A DNA stretch of 56,863 bases, filler included, from Sphacelaria rigidula (Eukaryota), in NCBI GenBank assembly GCA_964200075.2. It is 3 parts of 3 records of this genome, joined end to end, with 100 filler letters (N's around TTAATTAATTAA, not from the genome) between each part and the next. Parts side by side here need not be neighbours in the genome. Positions count along the whole stretch, not along the records: positions 18,991 to 37,877 come from CAXNAA020000770.1; positions 37,978 to 56,863 come from CAXNAA020000771.1; 1 more part is not named here. One strand, written 5' to 3'. The notes under the pieces were generated by a model, which made no database searches, was not told the DNA's origin, and worked only from the letters and a program-made list of their open reading frames with translations. The stretch's first letter is position 1, and each line of letters starts with the position of its first letter. The position numbers and the translations under genes were made by a program. Below are positions 25,801 through 38,939 of this stretch, in pieces.

Positions 25801-28800
25801 TAGCGCGCGACGCCGATTTTTTCGGGGCGGGGGGCGCAGGACTGAGCAAGGACAGCGGAATACTCAGTACCAGACGCGCAACCCTCTCGACATCGTGGGT
25901 TGCACACCCCTTCTAGTTACATGTGTCATCCCCCGCCAAGCGCAATCCATTGGTAATTTCGTCCAACACTTCGACCTCACGCGTTGGTCTCTCACCATGG
26001 CAGCAGCTCCGGCAACCACAGGAGCGGCCATCGAAGTCCCGGCTTGAACTTCCAGTACACAGCTCGGGCCTGTTTCCCCACCGCTGGAGGCAGACAACAC
26101 CTGGTCGCCCGGTGCGACAAGCTCCGGCTTGATGCGATTGTCGGTTGTGAGACCTGTGGAGCTGAAGTACGCCACGGTGTCTATGTCCGCAGCGGCATCG
26201 GCCACTATTTTCTCAGTTTCGTTTTTCATTTTTGTGCGAATCATCAAGTTCGGATGCGAGGGAGGGGAGGGGGGAGCGGGAAGGCGGGCATGCGAGTAGA
26301 TCAAAAACGGGGTTTGGGGCACATAGATTCAGCAGGGTCTCAGCCAGACGATTGAACTACGATTTGCGAACAAGTAGCATTCGTTCACCAGCCGGTTCAG
26401 TGGATACAAAACCAAAACACGTTGGGTACATCATGACGCTCATCGCCAAGTCCAACTATACGCAAATGAACTCCAACACGTGACGGTCTGCACCATTATT
26501 TCCCTGCCACGCGGCAAAACTTTGCCTCGTTCAACAGACACCTAGTGCATGGAAACGCTATCGCTGCTAGCACCAGCACAGCTCATGGCTGCAATTGATA
26601 CTTGAATCACCGACAGTACCGTCGACGCCAAATGAAATTGATTTGATTTGATCGGTTGATTGTCGCACTTCAACTGACCCCCAGGGATCCAGCTGTCGTG
26701 ACATGATGGACGTATCCAAGGAAAAAACAAAACTGAAAACACCCGCTGAAGAAAAATAAGGAACAGAAGAAGTCGAACAGAATGAGAACACTATGCTAGC
26801 ATGAAAGATTGACGATAGTACCGCGGGTGCTGTGTGGGCGTTTTGGGTGTAGGGTCTAGCTTCATGGCTGTACATAAGGGTGGAGCGCGCACAGATTGAT
26901 TAGTGCCACAGAGAGTGAGTGTCTCCTCAGGGATCGGACGGCTGGTGAGCTTCTGGTCGTGAGGAATGACCCTCATGGATGTTGCCTAGGGGATCGGCAT
27001 CACGAAACAGCAGAAACGCCAACAAGGCGCTCTATACCGCACCCACACATCAAAACACACTCGAAAAATCACTAAATCTTTACGCTACCGCTACCGCTAC
27101 CGCTACCGCTACCGCTACCGCTACCGCAGGTGAAAATCAAGTCACGCCTCAGTGTGATGAACTCCTCACATGTACGGTTGGTGTGGTCGCGACTGCCACG
27201 ACCAGCGTTGAACTACCTCGACCGCGCCCCCACCAGAAAAGTGACTACTAGTCTGGGGAGGCAAAATCTACATACAAATCAAATTGACAAAACCCGAGCA
27301 CGCCGAGCACCTGGGAACTGCCACGCTTGGAATCATTTCCGGTTATGTCGCCCATAAGAGGCGCTTCATGTAGTCTGAAAGCAGCTACCACGCGCGATAT
27401 GGACATTTTCTTCGTGACACTTTCGGGGTTGGTTCGTGGGGGGGGGGGGGCTATCGCGGCATTACTCTGGTGGATACTTTCGACATCCTTCAGGTGCATG
27501 TTCTTACTTACTCTCGTCTTCGGTGACCCAAAAAACGTGTGTCACTCAAGTACTTTGTGTTTCAGCAGGCCGCGCATATTTCTCCCACCATCATGTACGA
27601 TTGCGGGAAAGCACAAGTCGAACGTTTATGGCCAGATGCGGGAAGCCAACAAAGATCCACGGCGTCGTTATACCTGAATCGCGAGCCTCTCCATCTTCTC
27701 CGGTTGCAGTCCAACGATCACTCCCTGAGGAAGAGGCTCCAATGGCCAGAACGTTTTTTCCGATGGCAGGGGTGCCAATGGTGCACACAGATCTTATCGT
27801 ATCTCCGTCATTTCCCGCCGCGAAAATCAACAGATGTTCGGGGTTCTGCCTCAATGCACAGACAGGCGGCAGCGGAAAACCCCAACACAGGAACAGAGGC
27901 AAAATAGCAACAGAATGAAAACCGGTTCAACTCAGGAGCGGGATAGAGTGGAACCTCCACCTCGAGCGCCAAACGGGTTTATACGAGCTACGTCGGTTTT
28001 AATTTCCCCCCGCGCTCCTTCTGGGGGCTGGCATCTGTTGGTCGCGACGCTGTAAAACACGGCTCTAACTGCGCAAGCGAGGCAACCACTTGACCGGGAT
28101 TTTTCCTCGCTTGCCTTGATTTTGCGGTAACCATGATGGTTGTCGATGAAAATCATATTGTGCGCGGTGGAGAACCTAAACTCCGCGCAAAGGTGATGAT
28201 ATTACTACGTCGTGTTCAAATGGTGAGACAACCATGAGGCAGTGTAACCCGTGGCTGTCTCTGGAAGTGGCTACAGCAGAAAATTAAGCGATTCATTCCA
28301 GGCTGCCATCCATACGCAACATAACTAGTACGCTTCGAGTCGAACAAATCTTAGCAGGATGCAGATCACCCATCATGCGACTCGCCGAGCACATCACGTT
28401 CCTTTGCGCTTGGTGAACGCGAGCCCGGTCCAGCGAAAGCCCGGCGTGTTCCATTCCGGCTTGGTGGGAATGCGAGGTCAATGGTTATATATATATATAT
28501 ATATATATATGGCTACGGCATACAAGATCATGACTAGACCCCCTCCCCCCCCCCTCCCTGACGAAAAAAGAAACCCCAGAGACCCCACAATATATCGTAC
28601 CTCATACATGTAGCTGTCAAAGGCAGCAGAGGTGGTGTCCACCGTGCACAACGTATCACTGCCCCACGAGTTCGAGTGAACCATGGCCCCCGTATCTTCG
28701 GCCGCCTCCCATAGTCCTGTCCCGGCAAACGCCGCGAAAACCCTCAAATTGTCCGCGGACGCATCGAAAATTGCGAGTTTCGCGCCCTGGGCCACCCCAC

Positions 28801-31133
28801 CGTGAGACGTCAAAATTTCCTGCGTGTCATCTTCAAGACACGAATCAAAATCGATCCCGAAGCCGTCGCAGTCGAGCGCTACGCACATCGTCTCGGTGTT
28901 GAGAACATCATTGCTCGTTAGATTGGCCACATCTTCTGCGCTGAGACACTCGCCCAAGCATCCTAGCTGCTCGCCCGCGTCCTCGTCGCAAGTTGGTACC
29001 TCAGCGGGAGTGTTGAGGGTGGCGCCGGCCGCTGTGCCTGCGGTGTGCGAGCCGTGTCCCCCGGGCATCTCTGTAGTGAAACCCGATTCTGAGTACCACG
29101 GATATTGCTGACCCAGAACGGTCGTGTAGCTCTCCCCGTAATCGCTCCCATTTGGGTTGATGAAGCTGATGTACTGGACGATCTGGTGACGGTGGAGAAC
29201 AAAGTTCAACACGCCATGTAAAAGACGGGGGAGAGAGGGGGTGAGTAATGAGGGTAGAAATCGGGGCAGGGAGGGAAGGTGAACATGTATATCGGTTTGG
29301 GTGTAACGTCTGGTGGTCACAATGAGAGTAGTTTGCGTCTCACGGTTTGCCGTATATGGTACAGTATGATGAACTCAATATACCCTTTACATGTGGTGCT
29401 CTTACGGTACCAACGTGAAATTGTTTGGTTGATCGCTTCAAATGCTCTGCCAGAGTTTCTTGGTTCCTTCGTAGCTCACCAAGAGTTGGAGCTGAAAGAA
29501 GACTGCAACACCAGGGGCAGGGGAAATCCTGTCGTACTCCATCATTGGCCAGTTCAAACGCGATTCTGGTGTGCTCTGTCTCTCATGTTGTAAATCACGT
29601 GTTAGTCTCTCATGTAACACACGAATCATCCACCGCAATGCCTTCTCTTTTCCTTTTGTAGGTATTTTACCTTTGCAGGCAGTATGTGATGGCCAAGCCC
29701 ACGGTACGTGCATCCTACCCTTTGTACTAATACTACAAGCGCCAAGGATGAAACTCCTCTGTCCACATCAATGACACTACCTAACTAAACCGTCCATGGC
29801 CGCACCTTCCGCCTATCAAGGTCGACCGGGAAATAGCCGTTGGCGAAGATGGTTGCTGTTTGCGACGCCGTAGACAAATCTCCCAGTACAGCGAATTCCT
29901 CGTAGTAGTGTCCGAAGTCGACAGACACTCCATCCTCATCGATGAAGTAGCACGATTCTGTGTCGTTTTCAAATGACACGGGCGACGGACGTGTTATTTT
30001 TCCGACACCACGTTTCTAAGCCGTTTTCCAAACCTCAACAAAAAAAAGTGGTGTGCTCAAAAACCGTGACTAGCCAGTGTCATTCTGTAAAGCATCGGTA
30101 GTGTCGTTCGGTCGAACCAGGCAGCGAGCCATCACAGCAACCTCAAATCATGATATCATCTTGCATCAAATAGACTCCCAAGCCATGCACACTAGCATTG
30201 AGAGGCCGCGCAAACTCAATGAAATCTAAAGCTTCCTTCAAGCATCGTTTGCTCGATATTATCAAGAAGATGGGGTGTAGGGGTGAGCATGGCATGGTTC
30301 CTCCAAGCTGGATACTCACCTGTATCCACTCCGCTGTCCACCATCTAAAGCATGCACCACGCCACATACCGGCATATAGCGACACGCCCACATGAAAAGG
30401 CGCACATGTTGGTACCACCAATACGAAGGGCAAAGGACACACAAGTTGAGAAAACACAGCAACGAATGCAACACGAGAATCAGCCGTGCATTCTGAACAT
30501 TCATCTTTCGTCAAACAAACAGTCGGTACATGTAGCTTCCGCGGAAACAATGGGCATGATTGCTGCAATGGCAACAGCCAGAGGCGCCAAATCAAGCATG
30601 AGCTTCCGTACACCTCACCCCATTATCACTACATCATCCCCAAATTAGTGAATGTACCGTACTGTGCCCGTCAAAAAAGCAACACAACATTCAACACTCG
30701 ACGCACTCACAACCAACGCAAGCAAACCTCCAAGAACTGTAATGCAAGTGTTGCAATACGCACAAAGGAACTACATTAGCTCACACGAGATGGTAACGAA
30801 AACGTGTTCGACGACCGACCACACATGCACACACGCGCACGCGTTCAGGCGTGTATTCCAACCGTCAAACCGTTCCACCAACCTGAATAACCTCTCCAGT
30901 GCCGTCAAGGCCCGAGTCGGTAAGGGGAGTCTCGGTCAACGTAGCGCTTTGCGAAATCGCCTTTGCGACAGCATTAAGAATCTTAGACGTATGAAAGGTT
31001 GATACCCGCAAAACCTCGGGAACGGAGGCTAAATAAGAGAGCAGGCCCATAAAGCAAGCCATCTTTAGCTCCTCAGCCTCCTCTCCCTCTCTTCCTCCTG
31101 CACCCCTTCCACTGGGCAGCAGATGGTCAAGAC
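22831..31133 (-). CDS. Subtilisin-like serine peptidase (S8A, KP-43/TagC-like), 5'-incomplete, hydrophobic C-terminus
   Basis: In-phase GT-AG exons 30883-31133, 30320-30344, 29806-29957, 28601-29182, 27674-27845, 25996-26204, 24842-24958, 23736-24048, 22831-23207 (2198 nt). Motifs: GLDGTGEVIQMVDSGVD (Asp), GHGSHTAGTAAG (His), HSNSWG, LLIFAAGNDG (oxyanion Asn), FSSTG..DNRIKPELVAPG, GTSMAAPVVAGAAA (Ser), GFGRIHL, and a C-terminal beta domain TLTWIDP...DLDLTVTSP...NVIERV. Confidence 0.93.
25996..26204 (-). CDS. Subtilisin exon with the catalytic Ser
   Basis: tag|TG...ATG|gtgaga, encodes AYFSSTGLTTDNRIKPELVAPG...AGTSMAAPVVAGAAAM. Confidence 0.93.
27083..27127. repeat. (CGCTAC)n hexanucleotide microsatellite in a subtilisin intron
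   Basis: About seven direct copies visible. Confidence 0.92.
28601..29182 (-). CDS. Largest subtilisin exon, with the catalytic His and a Cys-rich insert
   Basis: cag|ATC...GAG|gtacga, 194 codons, contains GHGSHTAGTAAG and GGVAQGAKLAIFD. Confidence 0.93.
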
Positions 31134-34100
31134 CTGAAGACAGAGCCGATAGGACGGGATAACGTTAATGTACGAAGACTTCAAGACGTTTTTCTTCAAG
31201 ATTCGAAAAATGAGGCAAGGATGGTATCGTAAAAGGGTTTTCGATTCACGTGGCTGTAGAGACTAACGCACCGTAGGGAGGGGCTCACACGAGGGTTAAG
31301 TCGAATGTAGGCAGTCGACACCTGTTTGCTTCTGTCATGTTTTATATGCTCATTTCTTTTACTGGAGTAATCGAGATAGGAGGACTGTGTCTTGAGAGCT
31401 GATGAGCGCATATGCGGGGGGCATGCTTTAGTATATGCGGTGACGCGATGCAAACGACTTTTGAGTCCAGCCTCACACGTTTGATCAATATTTCTTCTCG
31501 TACCGACAATCCGGTGGTTTGCGTCTTGTACACCGTTCACCGTGTTCCATAATCGTGTGTACCTTGATACTGGTACCAAAAAAATACCAACGCTAGCGGC
31601 TAGCGCCGAAACGCGACTTCTCTGCTCTTGGCTACTGACTATCGATTGCTGTGCATGAACATTATCTGGTCTGCTACAACTGAAAGGGTGGTGATGACAT
31701 GTATGAACCCGCGGTAGATAAAAGAGAAAGACTCGCTACGGCTTTATTATTGATGGTAAAAGCCGCCGCGCCCCGGTGGTGTAATGATCCGTCTGTCGCC
31801 ATTAGGGTGGAGAATCCCGACGCGTTGTTTTTTTTCTTCGTAATGAATGATTTCCACCGTGGAAAGCGTGAGAACGTGAGAAAACAAAGTAGCCGAATGG
31901 CTTTGTGTGACGTGGGTAGACGCGATGCGGGAGTGCGGACCCAATCCGCGAGAGCAAAATGAATGGCACGTACGGGGGGAGAGATGGTTTGATCTCTTGA
32001 GATCACGGACTCATCCCGAGGAAGGGGAGAGGTTCAAAGTGTGAGGGGAAAAAACAGAAGAAGAGGTAGGGGATGCTCGAGAGAAGGGGGGGGGTTAAAT
32101 AGGTAACGCTTCAGGTAAGTGGATAAAGCTGTCGACTCGCTGTAAACTTTCTGTTCACGTGTGATCCAGATGTTCCGAATGATTGACACATGCTGTAGCC
32201 TGTTTATATAGGCATAGTATCAAGGGCAGAAGGGAGTTGAATGCTACACTAAATCAAGTGGTTTCAATTACAGGTGTCTTGATGAACGACTAGACGGCTG
32301 CTCGTGTAATGGAAAAAAAAAAAAACACTTTCAAAAATTGGATAACTGCTGTTATCTTTGGGGTGCACATAAAAATCCACGCATAAGCCTTCACAGGTGA
32401 GAACGGCTTAAAAAAAACAGCGAAGAGGAAAGCAGTATACAACGGCACAGTGCAAGCATGGCGCAGGGTGGTGCAGTACAGCGCAACACATCCGACCAAA
32501 ACACGCAGCATTCAACCATTGCTCAGTCACCACGGCACATCTTAAGCCAGCGGCAAAGGTGGCTGCGCGGCGCTCTTGCGTAGACCGTTTCCCCTCAACA
32601 CCTCAACACTTGGGTATCGCGTTTTTTTTTGCAGCTCCAGCACCTTCATTTTCAAATTTTGCACCAACACCAGGGAACGTCCGCCACACCCCAACTAACT
32701 ACCGTATGTCTGACAAAGATAAACCAGCCCGCCAACCAATGTGTCACCAATCTTGAGGAGGAGAAGCCCTCAAGAATCAGCGAGCCTCTCAGCCCCTCAC
32801 CACACACGCAACATGTCCCGTTTTGCCTATACGAATCGAATGTTCACAATAATATAAAGTTATGTTTGTGCTGCCGAGGTTGACAGTTTTGGCGCCCTCT
32901 ACAGTAGTGAGGGCAAATTGTTATTTCGGTGTGTACTTGGGTAGGTCACTTCCTTTGCGACAAAAAACAGCACCTGCAGTGGTCCTTTGGTCTGGAATAC
33001 AGTCAAGGCAGTATGAGCCCAAACCCGGATATGAAGGCTCGTGTATGTAGCTCGCCCAAAACATATCGTGGCCGCAACTATTCAACCACTCTGCTGGACG
33101 CCAAAGAGATTGTTTTCTACAAGAGTCTCCCGAAGCTACAGCTAAGAACATGCGAGAGACAACAAAAGGACATTGCCAACATTTCGTTTTTCGCCACGAA
33201 AATTGCACAAAATCAGCGTCTTCGTCCACTCTAAAATGGAACGAAAAGGGGGGATATTTTGGGAACATAGAGCGACCTTTCAGTTAGAATTCAGCAGGTG
33301 CTCGCCACGTTATCCCATGACCGTGAGGTCTGTTCTAGTCGATAACCGATAGTCGACAGCCGAATCCACAGCGAACCAACCCCCAAGGTTTCAGACTGAA
33401 AGGAGCACGACGTCGCTGTTCGCTGGAGTGTGCATGTTCATCCACGCAGCTCTTTCTGCTGAAGCGGTGATTTCCCGATGTCCAAGTATCGTCCAGCCAC
33501 CAAGAGGGCGCCTTGGCCATGGAAACAGGTACTTTCATAAACGGCGAGCAAATGAAAAACTGCTCTCATATAGCCTGTTCGTGTAAAGCCTCCCTCTATA
33601 CCCAGACGTGGTCATCAGCCGCCAGGCATCTTCCGGCAGTATTTTGACGGCACCTGCTCGTATCTTCTTAGTCTATTCCGCGTTTGCGGTGTATACACAG
33701 CATTGCCACGCTTATCCACAGTGATAGCATACATGACCTTCACTCACACCGCATGCGCCTGTCACACACACATCTACATATTACATATATATATATATAT
33801 ATATATATGCATCATTCACACCAATTGGTGCTGCGCGAGTAAACCGTGTGTTTGCTGCTGTGCGGCAATCTGGCTCGCAAAAAGAGCAGCTGCGTGTAGG
33901 GGGTGGGGAGGCTGCGATTTACTTTTACGGTAGCAACAGCACCGCCTGATAAAAAGTGCAAAGATCCGTGCTTGCTACCGCAGCACAACGTTTACACACG
34001 GAGTGTCACGGTTCCATGTTGTGCTATCAATAATGATCTTTTCGGCCGTCTGCGTCAGCTGTAGCGCAGCCCTGTCTCTCCCAAGTTTGGAATATCGAAT

Positions 34101-34494
34101 TTCAAATTGTTGTGCGTGTGACGGAGGTTTTGCTCGATGATCTCGGCAAGATTCTACACCACCCAACATGGAGAATCCATCCTTGATCCCATCGAAGCTC
34201 ATGATAACCCCTGAGTGTATCCGTATAAGCAGTTTTCGGTGTATGAATCACTGCCGTTAAGGGGTCGCGCCATTTCAACCGTCATGCCTATACCTTAACA
34301 CACACACACAAGAGGTCTGGCTGGCAGCCAACAGGTTCCACTAGGGTGGGAAAATGCGGGGTTAATTCCCCATAAATGCGTCTGGTTTTACCTCTTCGGA
34401 AACCCTCCCCTCCCGCCCCCGGGCCAGACGCCTCATTATGTCAACCCCTGACGGAAAAAAAAAAGCTCAACAGAAAAGACCAACGGCAACCATT

Positions 34495-34739
34495 CACAAG
34501 TCGGACAGATCATCATCTGTCTGAAACAACTCATCAAATAAGACTCTCGAGCCCGTTGATTCGAAAACAAAAAATGTGACCGCGGAGTCAGGAAAGCCAA
34601 AGCGCAACCTTTGCACTACTCGGCGTGCTCAGCGTCCGGCGCTGTAAGGAGCAAACACGAAAAATGGCGGTCAAATGATCCGGATCCATATACTGAGAAG
34701 AAGTAATTTTCAGACGGATCATCATCTGTCCGACGTGTG
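34495..34739. mobile_element. 245-bp MITE with 8-bp target-site duplication (hAT-like)
   Basis: ~32-bp TIRs CACA(A/C)GTCGGACAGAT.AT.ATC.GTCTGAAA. Direct repeat CAACCATT at 34487-34494 and 34740-34747. Confidence 0.85.
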
Positions 34740-36119
34740 CAACCATTTTACTACGGAAGACCGCAGAAAAATCCACCAGCACAAACTACGGGTGCAGGAA
34801 CCCCCCCCCCCCCCGCGGAGAGGTCGAGTAAGGTTTATCCAATGATAACACGCAACGGGTGATGTGTCTAATTGTATGCATCGACAAAATCCACCAACAC
34901 GCTATGAAACTCGCTATTAAAAAAACACCAAGGGGTTCCGATTCGGCCCATCCCCACATCAGCAACTGTACAGTACATAAGTGAAGCACCGTTTTAATAG
35001 GCTGCATCATCATACGGCGGGTATGCTGCGCATATGCTCTGGATAATCAACCACATCTTGTTCAAAAACCATGAATTGCAAATAATCAATTTTCCATCAC
35101 GAGTTCCAAAAGGGTGAACCTTTCATCAAAATCATCATCTCACTCCCGTCGTCGAAAACATGAGGACTTGAGTAGAAAAAACAGTATGTTGGATTGAGTT
35201 TGTCGGACGACAGTCGACGCGGGGCGGGAATGGCGATGGCCATGATGCACTCTGCGATACCAAACTGTAAGGAAGGCGTGTACCCGTCCGAGAAATGGGA
35301 AGGGGTTAACGGGTTACAACCCAGAGAAGAAACAAAATCACACGGTGTCATGCTAGTGGCGTAAGCATTCAACAGCATGGTCGTCACCCCCAACAACAGC
35401 AAGTCACGTTCATGCAATGCAATCGTGGTGTGTGTGGCGTTGGGGCTATGCATGCCCCAGAGTGCACGAAACAAGCAATAAGCAGCAGTTGGCCTTCTCG
35501 GGGGTGCCTACCTCACAAATGTACAAACTTACAAACTTGGAAGTGAAAAACAAACAACGTGATGGATGAAAAATGTTGAAGGACGTTTCCAAACCATAGG
35601 AAAAAGAGATCAGAATGCGAACGGAAAACGTGTAAAAAAATGAATAAAGTTAACTGTTTATCTCAGACATACTCCCTTATCGCTGGGGCGAATCATCACA
35701 AATCTCTTGAAACAGCATCATTAGCAGTTGAATATTGACCGTACTGTACTACCCAGACAACCCATCCTGTCGGGCAAAGTGTTACTACATTTCCATTATT
35801 TTTCCAAGTGAAAATGGTGCTCATTCCGCAGCGTTGAAGATCAAACGGAATAAAAAGTTTGATTCGATTTTTCAAAAATATCGACGAATGAAACGTCCAT
35901 ACTGTCCTTCCCTTGACCAAAAGATAAAATACACCCAACCATCCAACCATCCATCCTTAATCAACCTTTGATTGAGTAATTAATTAATTAATATTAAATA
36001 TTAGTTAATTATACATTGATATTTTTATCGATACTCGGAAAATGGCCAAACCAATTGTTTTTTTGGTTTCCGGGACCTTTTTTTTCTGTTTTTCGTACTC
36101 TGGACAACGGACACAAAAG

Positions 36120-37765
36120 TAGTCAATTGCTTCAGCAATAGACACGGGGGGAAATATATCGATATATACTATCGAACACGACAGATGTTGCAATAGTCGA
36201 TTGGTAGCCTACGGCAATTACAATGGATAAAGATCACTCGCCATCGATGGACGTTGTGTACTGCAATAGATTCTGGGATGTACATATCGATAGCCACTGC
36301 CGTATCAATAGGTTTGGTGAGCCATCCATCGATAGTCATTGCCGTCAACAATAGATTAGGTGAGCCGTCTATCGGTAGCCTCTGCCGCAAACGATGCATT
36401 TTTCGGTATCTATCCACATGGGCATTGCCATCAACAACCGATTGTTCTCGGGAGCACCTATTGATAGCCAGTGACGCCGACGACAGGTTTTGAAAAATAG
36501 ATTGCTCATCGCAGTGGTCTCATGACATCAACGGAAATACATACCCCTTCACATGAACACGCAACGACCTGAGGCGATAGCTGGCCATAGCTTCCGTGGA
36601 CTAAGGTGGAAGCATAAGTCGAAATATGTGAATACATAGCGCTAGTGATCGACGCCAATTAGATTACATTGTGACCAGCGGTAGATATTGATGGTCGCGA
36701 TTCAGATTCTATTGTGACCCTCGATAGACATGGGTGGGCGCAAGGTTAGATCCTATTGTGACCAACAATACGTATTGGCCGCGTGGTAGATCCTTTTGTG
36801 ATTGGCAATAGACAATGATGGCCAGAATTCAGAGCCTATTGCAACAAATGAAATGTATCGATAGACAACTTGGCCCCTCCATTGTCACGGCAACGATACA
36901 TTCTGTCCCTTGTCCCGAATCTATTGTCGCCTACAAAAGCTATCGATAGACATTGATGCCAGTCCATCATGGCTGACAATGAACCTTGACAGTCAATTTT
37001 TCGGGGCTATTGCAGCGCGAATGTTCTATTACAGTCTATTGCCCAGGGTTAAGCACATCTAACCCACACACAAAAGTACTGTAAGCGCCCATGTCCATCA
37101 GAGGGACAACCATAAGTACCAATACCACACCAACAAAAAAGTAATGAAAATTTTTGTCCACGCATGTTGCGGGTTCCTACAAAGTACAAGCGAATTGTAG
37201 AAACGTGATGTCATGTATTCACAAGTAGTATCACTATATACCCACTACATGTCCACCTGCGGCTTCTCTACCGTACCTTAACGGGAGTATAATATGCTCT
37301 GTACGTAGTATGTTGCAACGTAGGTGTGGCAATAGACGACAGAGAATATCTATCGGTAGGCATTGTATACAACACTAGATTCAAGTTATATCCATCAGTA
37401 TTCATTGCCGCCATGCATAGATTTATACGCAATCAACAGCTATTGCCATCATCGATAGATTTGGTATGCAATCTGTCAATCGCCATCGTCACCATCAATA
37501 GATTTGGCATGCGGTCTATAGATAGCCACTGCCGTCTTCAATATATTTGGAAAGCTATCGATCGATGCAGTTGGTCGGCCGCAATAGATTTCGGTGTAGG
37601 GCCACAGCAGACCGCTGCCCAGACTAGAGTGTGGGAAACTGGTCTATCGATAGAAATTGTCAACGACAATAGAAAGAGAAACTTGCCGATCAATGGCCAT
37701 CACGGAAGACAATATTGGTATCTACTGCAGCAGATTATATTGCTATTGCAATAGATGCCGTCCAT
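36120..37765. repeat. Highly decayed ~42-43-bp minisatellite region (ATCGATAG...CAATAGATT motifs)
   Basis: ATCGATAG-like cores at 36243, 36286, 36328, 36371. Similar units at 37380-37760. The central block (~36640-37050) is instead dominated by the complementary CTATTG motif. Confidence 0.7.
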
Positions 37766-37877
37766 TGTCCAAGGTGTGCTGTTTTTCAAGGGTCATTCTT
37801 GCAAGAAAAGGGGGGGGGGGCGTACTCATTTGTTGCTTGCCTTAGTCGTTTGACCATTGACCACGCATCCCTTTCCA

Positions 37878-37977
37878 NNNNNNNNNNNNNNNNNNNNNNN
37901 NNNNNNNNNNNNNNNNNNNNNTTAATTAATTAANNNNNNNNNNNNNNNNNNNNNNNNNNNNNNNNNNNNNNNNNNNN
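37878..37977. other. Artificial scaffold spacer (44N-TTAATTAATTAA-44N)
   Basis: Same 100-bp construct as 18891-18990. Confidence 0.97.
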
Positions 37978-38354
37978 GGCCATATTTTGACCGACCCACT
38001 TTTTCTCGGTCGCGAGGCTGCACGGGTCAAGCACCCATGTTGCAGGAAGAGTATTAAAAACGCCAACGAAGGCAATATAAGAATCGAAAATCAAATCGGA
38101 CACCGTTAAGGGCTCGTATTAACATAACTGCACAGACTTCTGAGACAGAGGAAGTATATGCACATGCGCGGTGAGCCGTCCCTGTCTCGAGCATGGCTCT
38201 ATATCCAAACTTGGGGCAGTTCGAACACATCCGACAACATATATACTTCGTATCGTGTTTTCTAACGCATTGTGCTGAAATCGTTACACAGCACGACCCG
38301 AGTCATCTTCTGTGGAAAGTTCGTATTTTTTTGTCCAGGTTTGTCACGGATGCC

Positions 38355-38731
38355 TGTGCGTGTTGTCATCCCATTTATTCTGGACGCCAGTCTAGACCTT
38401 TCGGTATATGTGGGCGCACCAGCCGGGGTCACACAGGAAGGCCAACACAGGAGACTTTTTCTCTTTTTTTTTTCCTCTTGTTTTAGTACTCCACCTTCCT
38501 TCTGCGGTGCTTGCCTTTTTTTTAATCGCGAGAGGGGTTCAGCAGCAGTGCCTTCACCTCGTCGATCGTGGAGTCACACTTTTGTGTACCCACGACATGG
38601 TCGCTCTCCACTGTTGTTGGGCATGGTGTGGGAAAAAATCCCAGATCGTGTGACTGAACCGAGATTCAAACTCACACGACCCAACCGTCGGAAGGTTTTG
38701 AGGTTACCAACTGAGCCACCGGGGCGACCGG
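38355..38731 (-). mobile_element. Full-length tRNA-derived SINE copy
   Basis: Minus-strand head CCGGTCGCCCCGGTGGCTCAGTTGGTAACC (A box TGGCTCAGTTGG) and GAGTTTGAATCTC (B-box-like). Body homologous to the 9-kb copy. Short CA-rich tail. Confidence 0.85.
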
Positions 38732-38939
38732 CTCGAACGCCGAACGTAAATGTCGAGGGAGTCTTTCCTGCCGATTAAATATTTTCAAACAAGTCAAACT
38801 CCAAAACATGAAATTTATCTAACATATTTAGTATGCTGCTGTACGGTCCACCAAAATCTATCGTGAAGTTTTCGGTTCCGTATGGTCGCCTTCTGTGGTC
38901 CGTGTGTGTGTGTATGCGTGTGTGTGTGTCACCCGCCAG

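Noticed and set aside
35975..36010. TTAATTAATTAA as a hidden third linker
   Set aside because: Embedded in a longer irregular AT tract with no flanking Ns; more likely natural low-complexity DNA.
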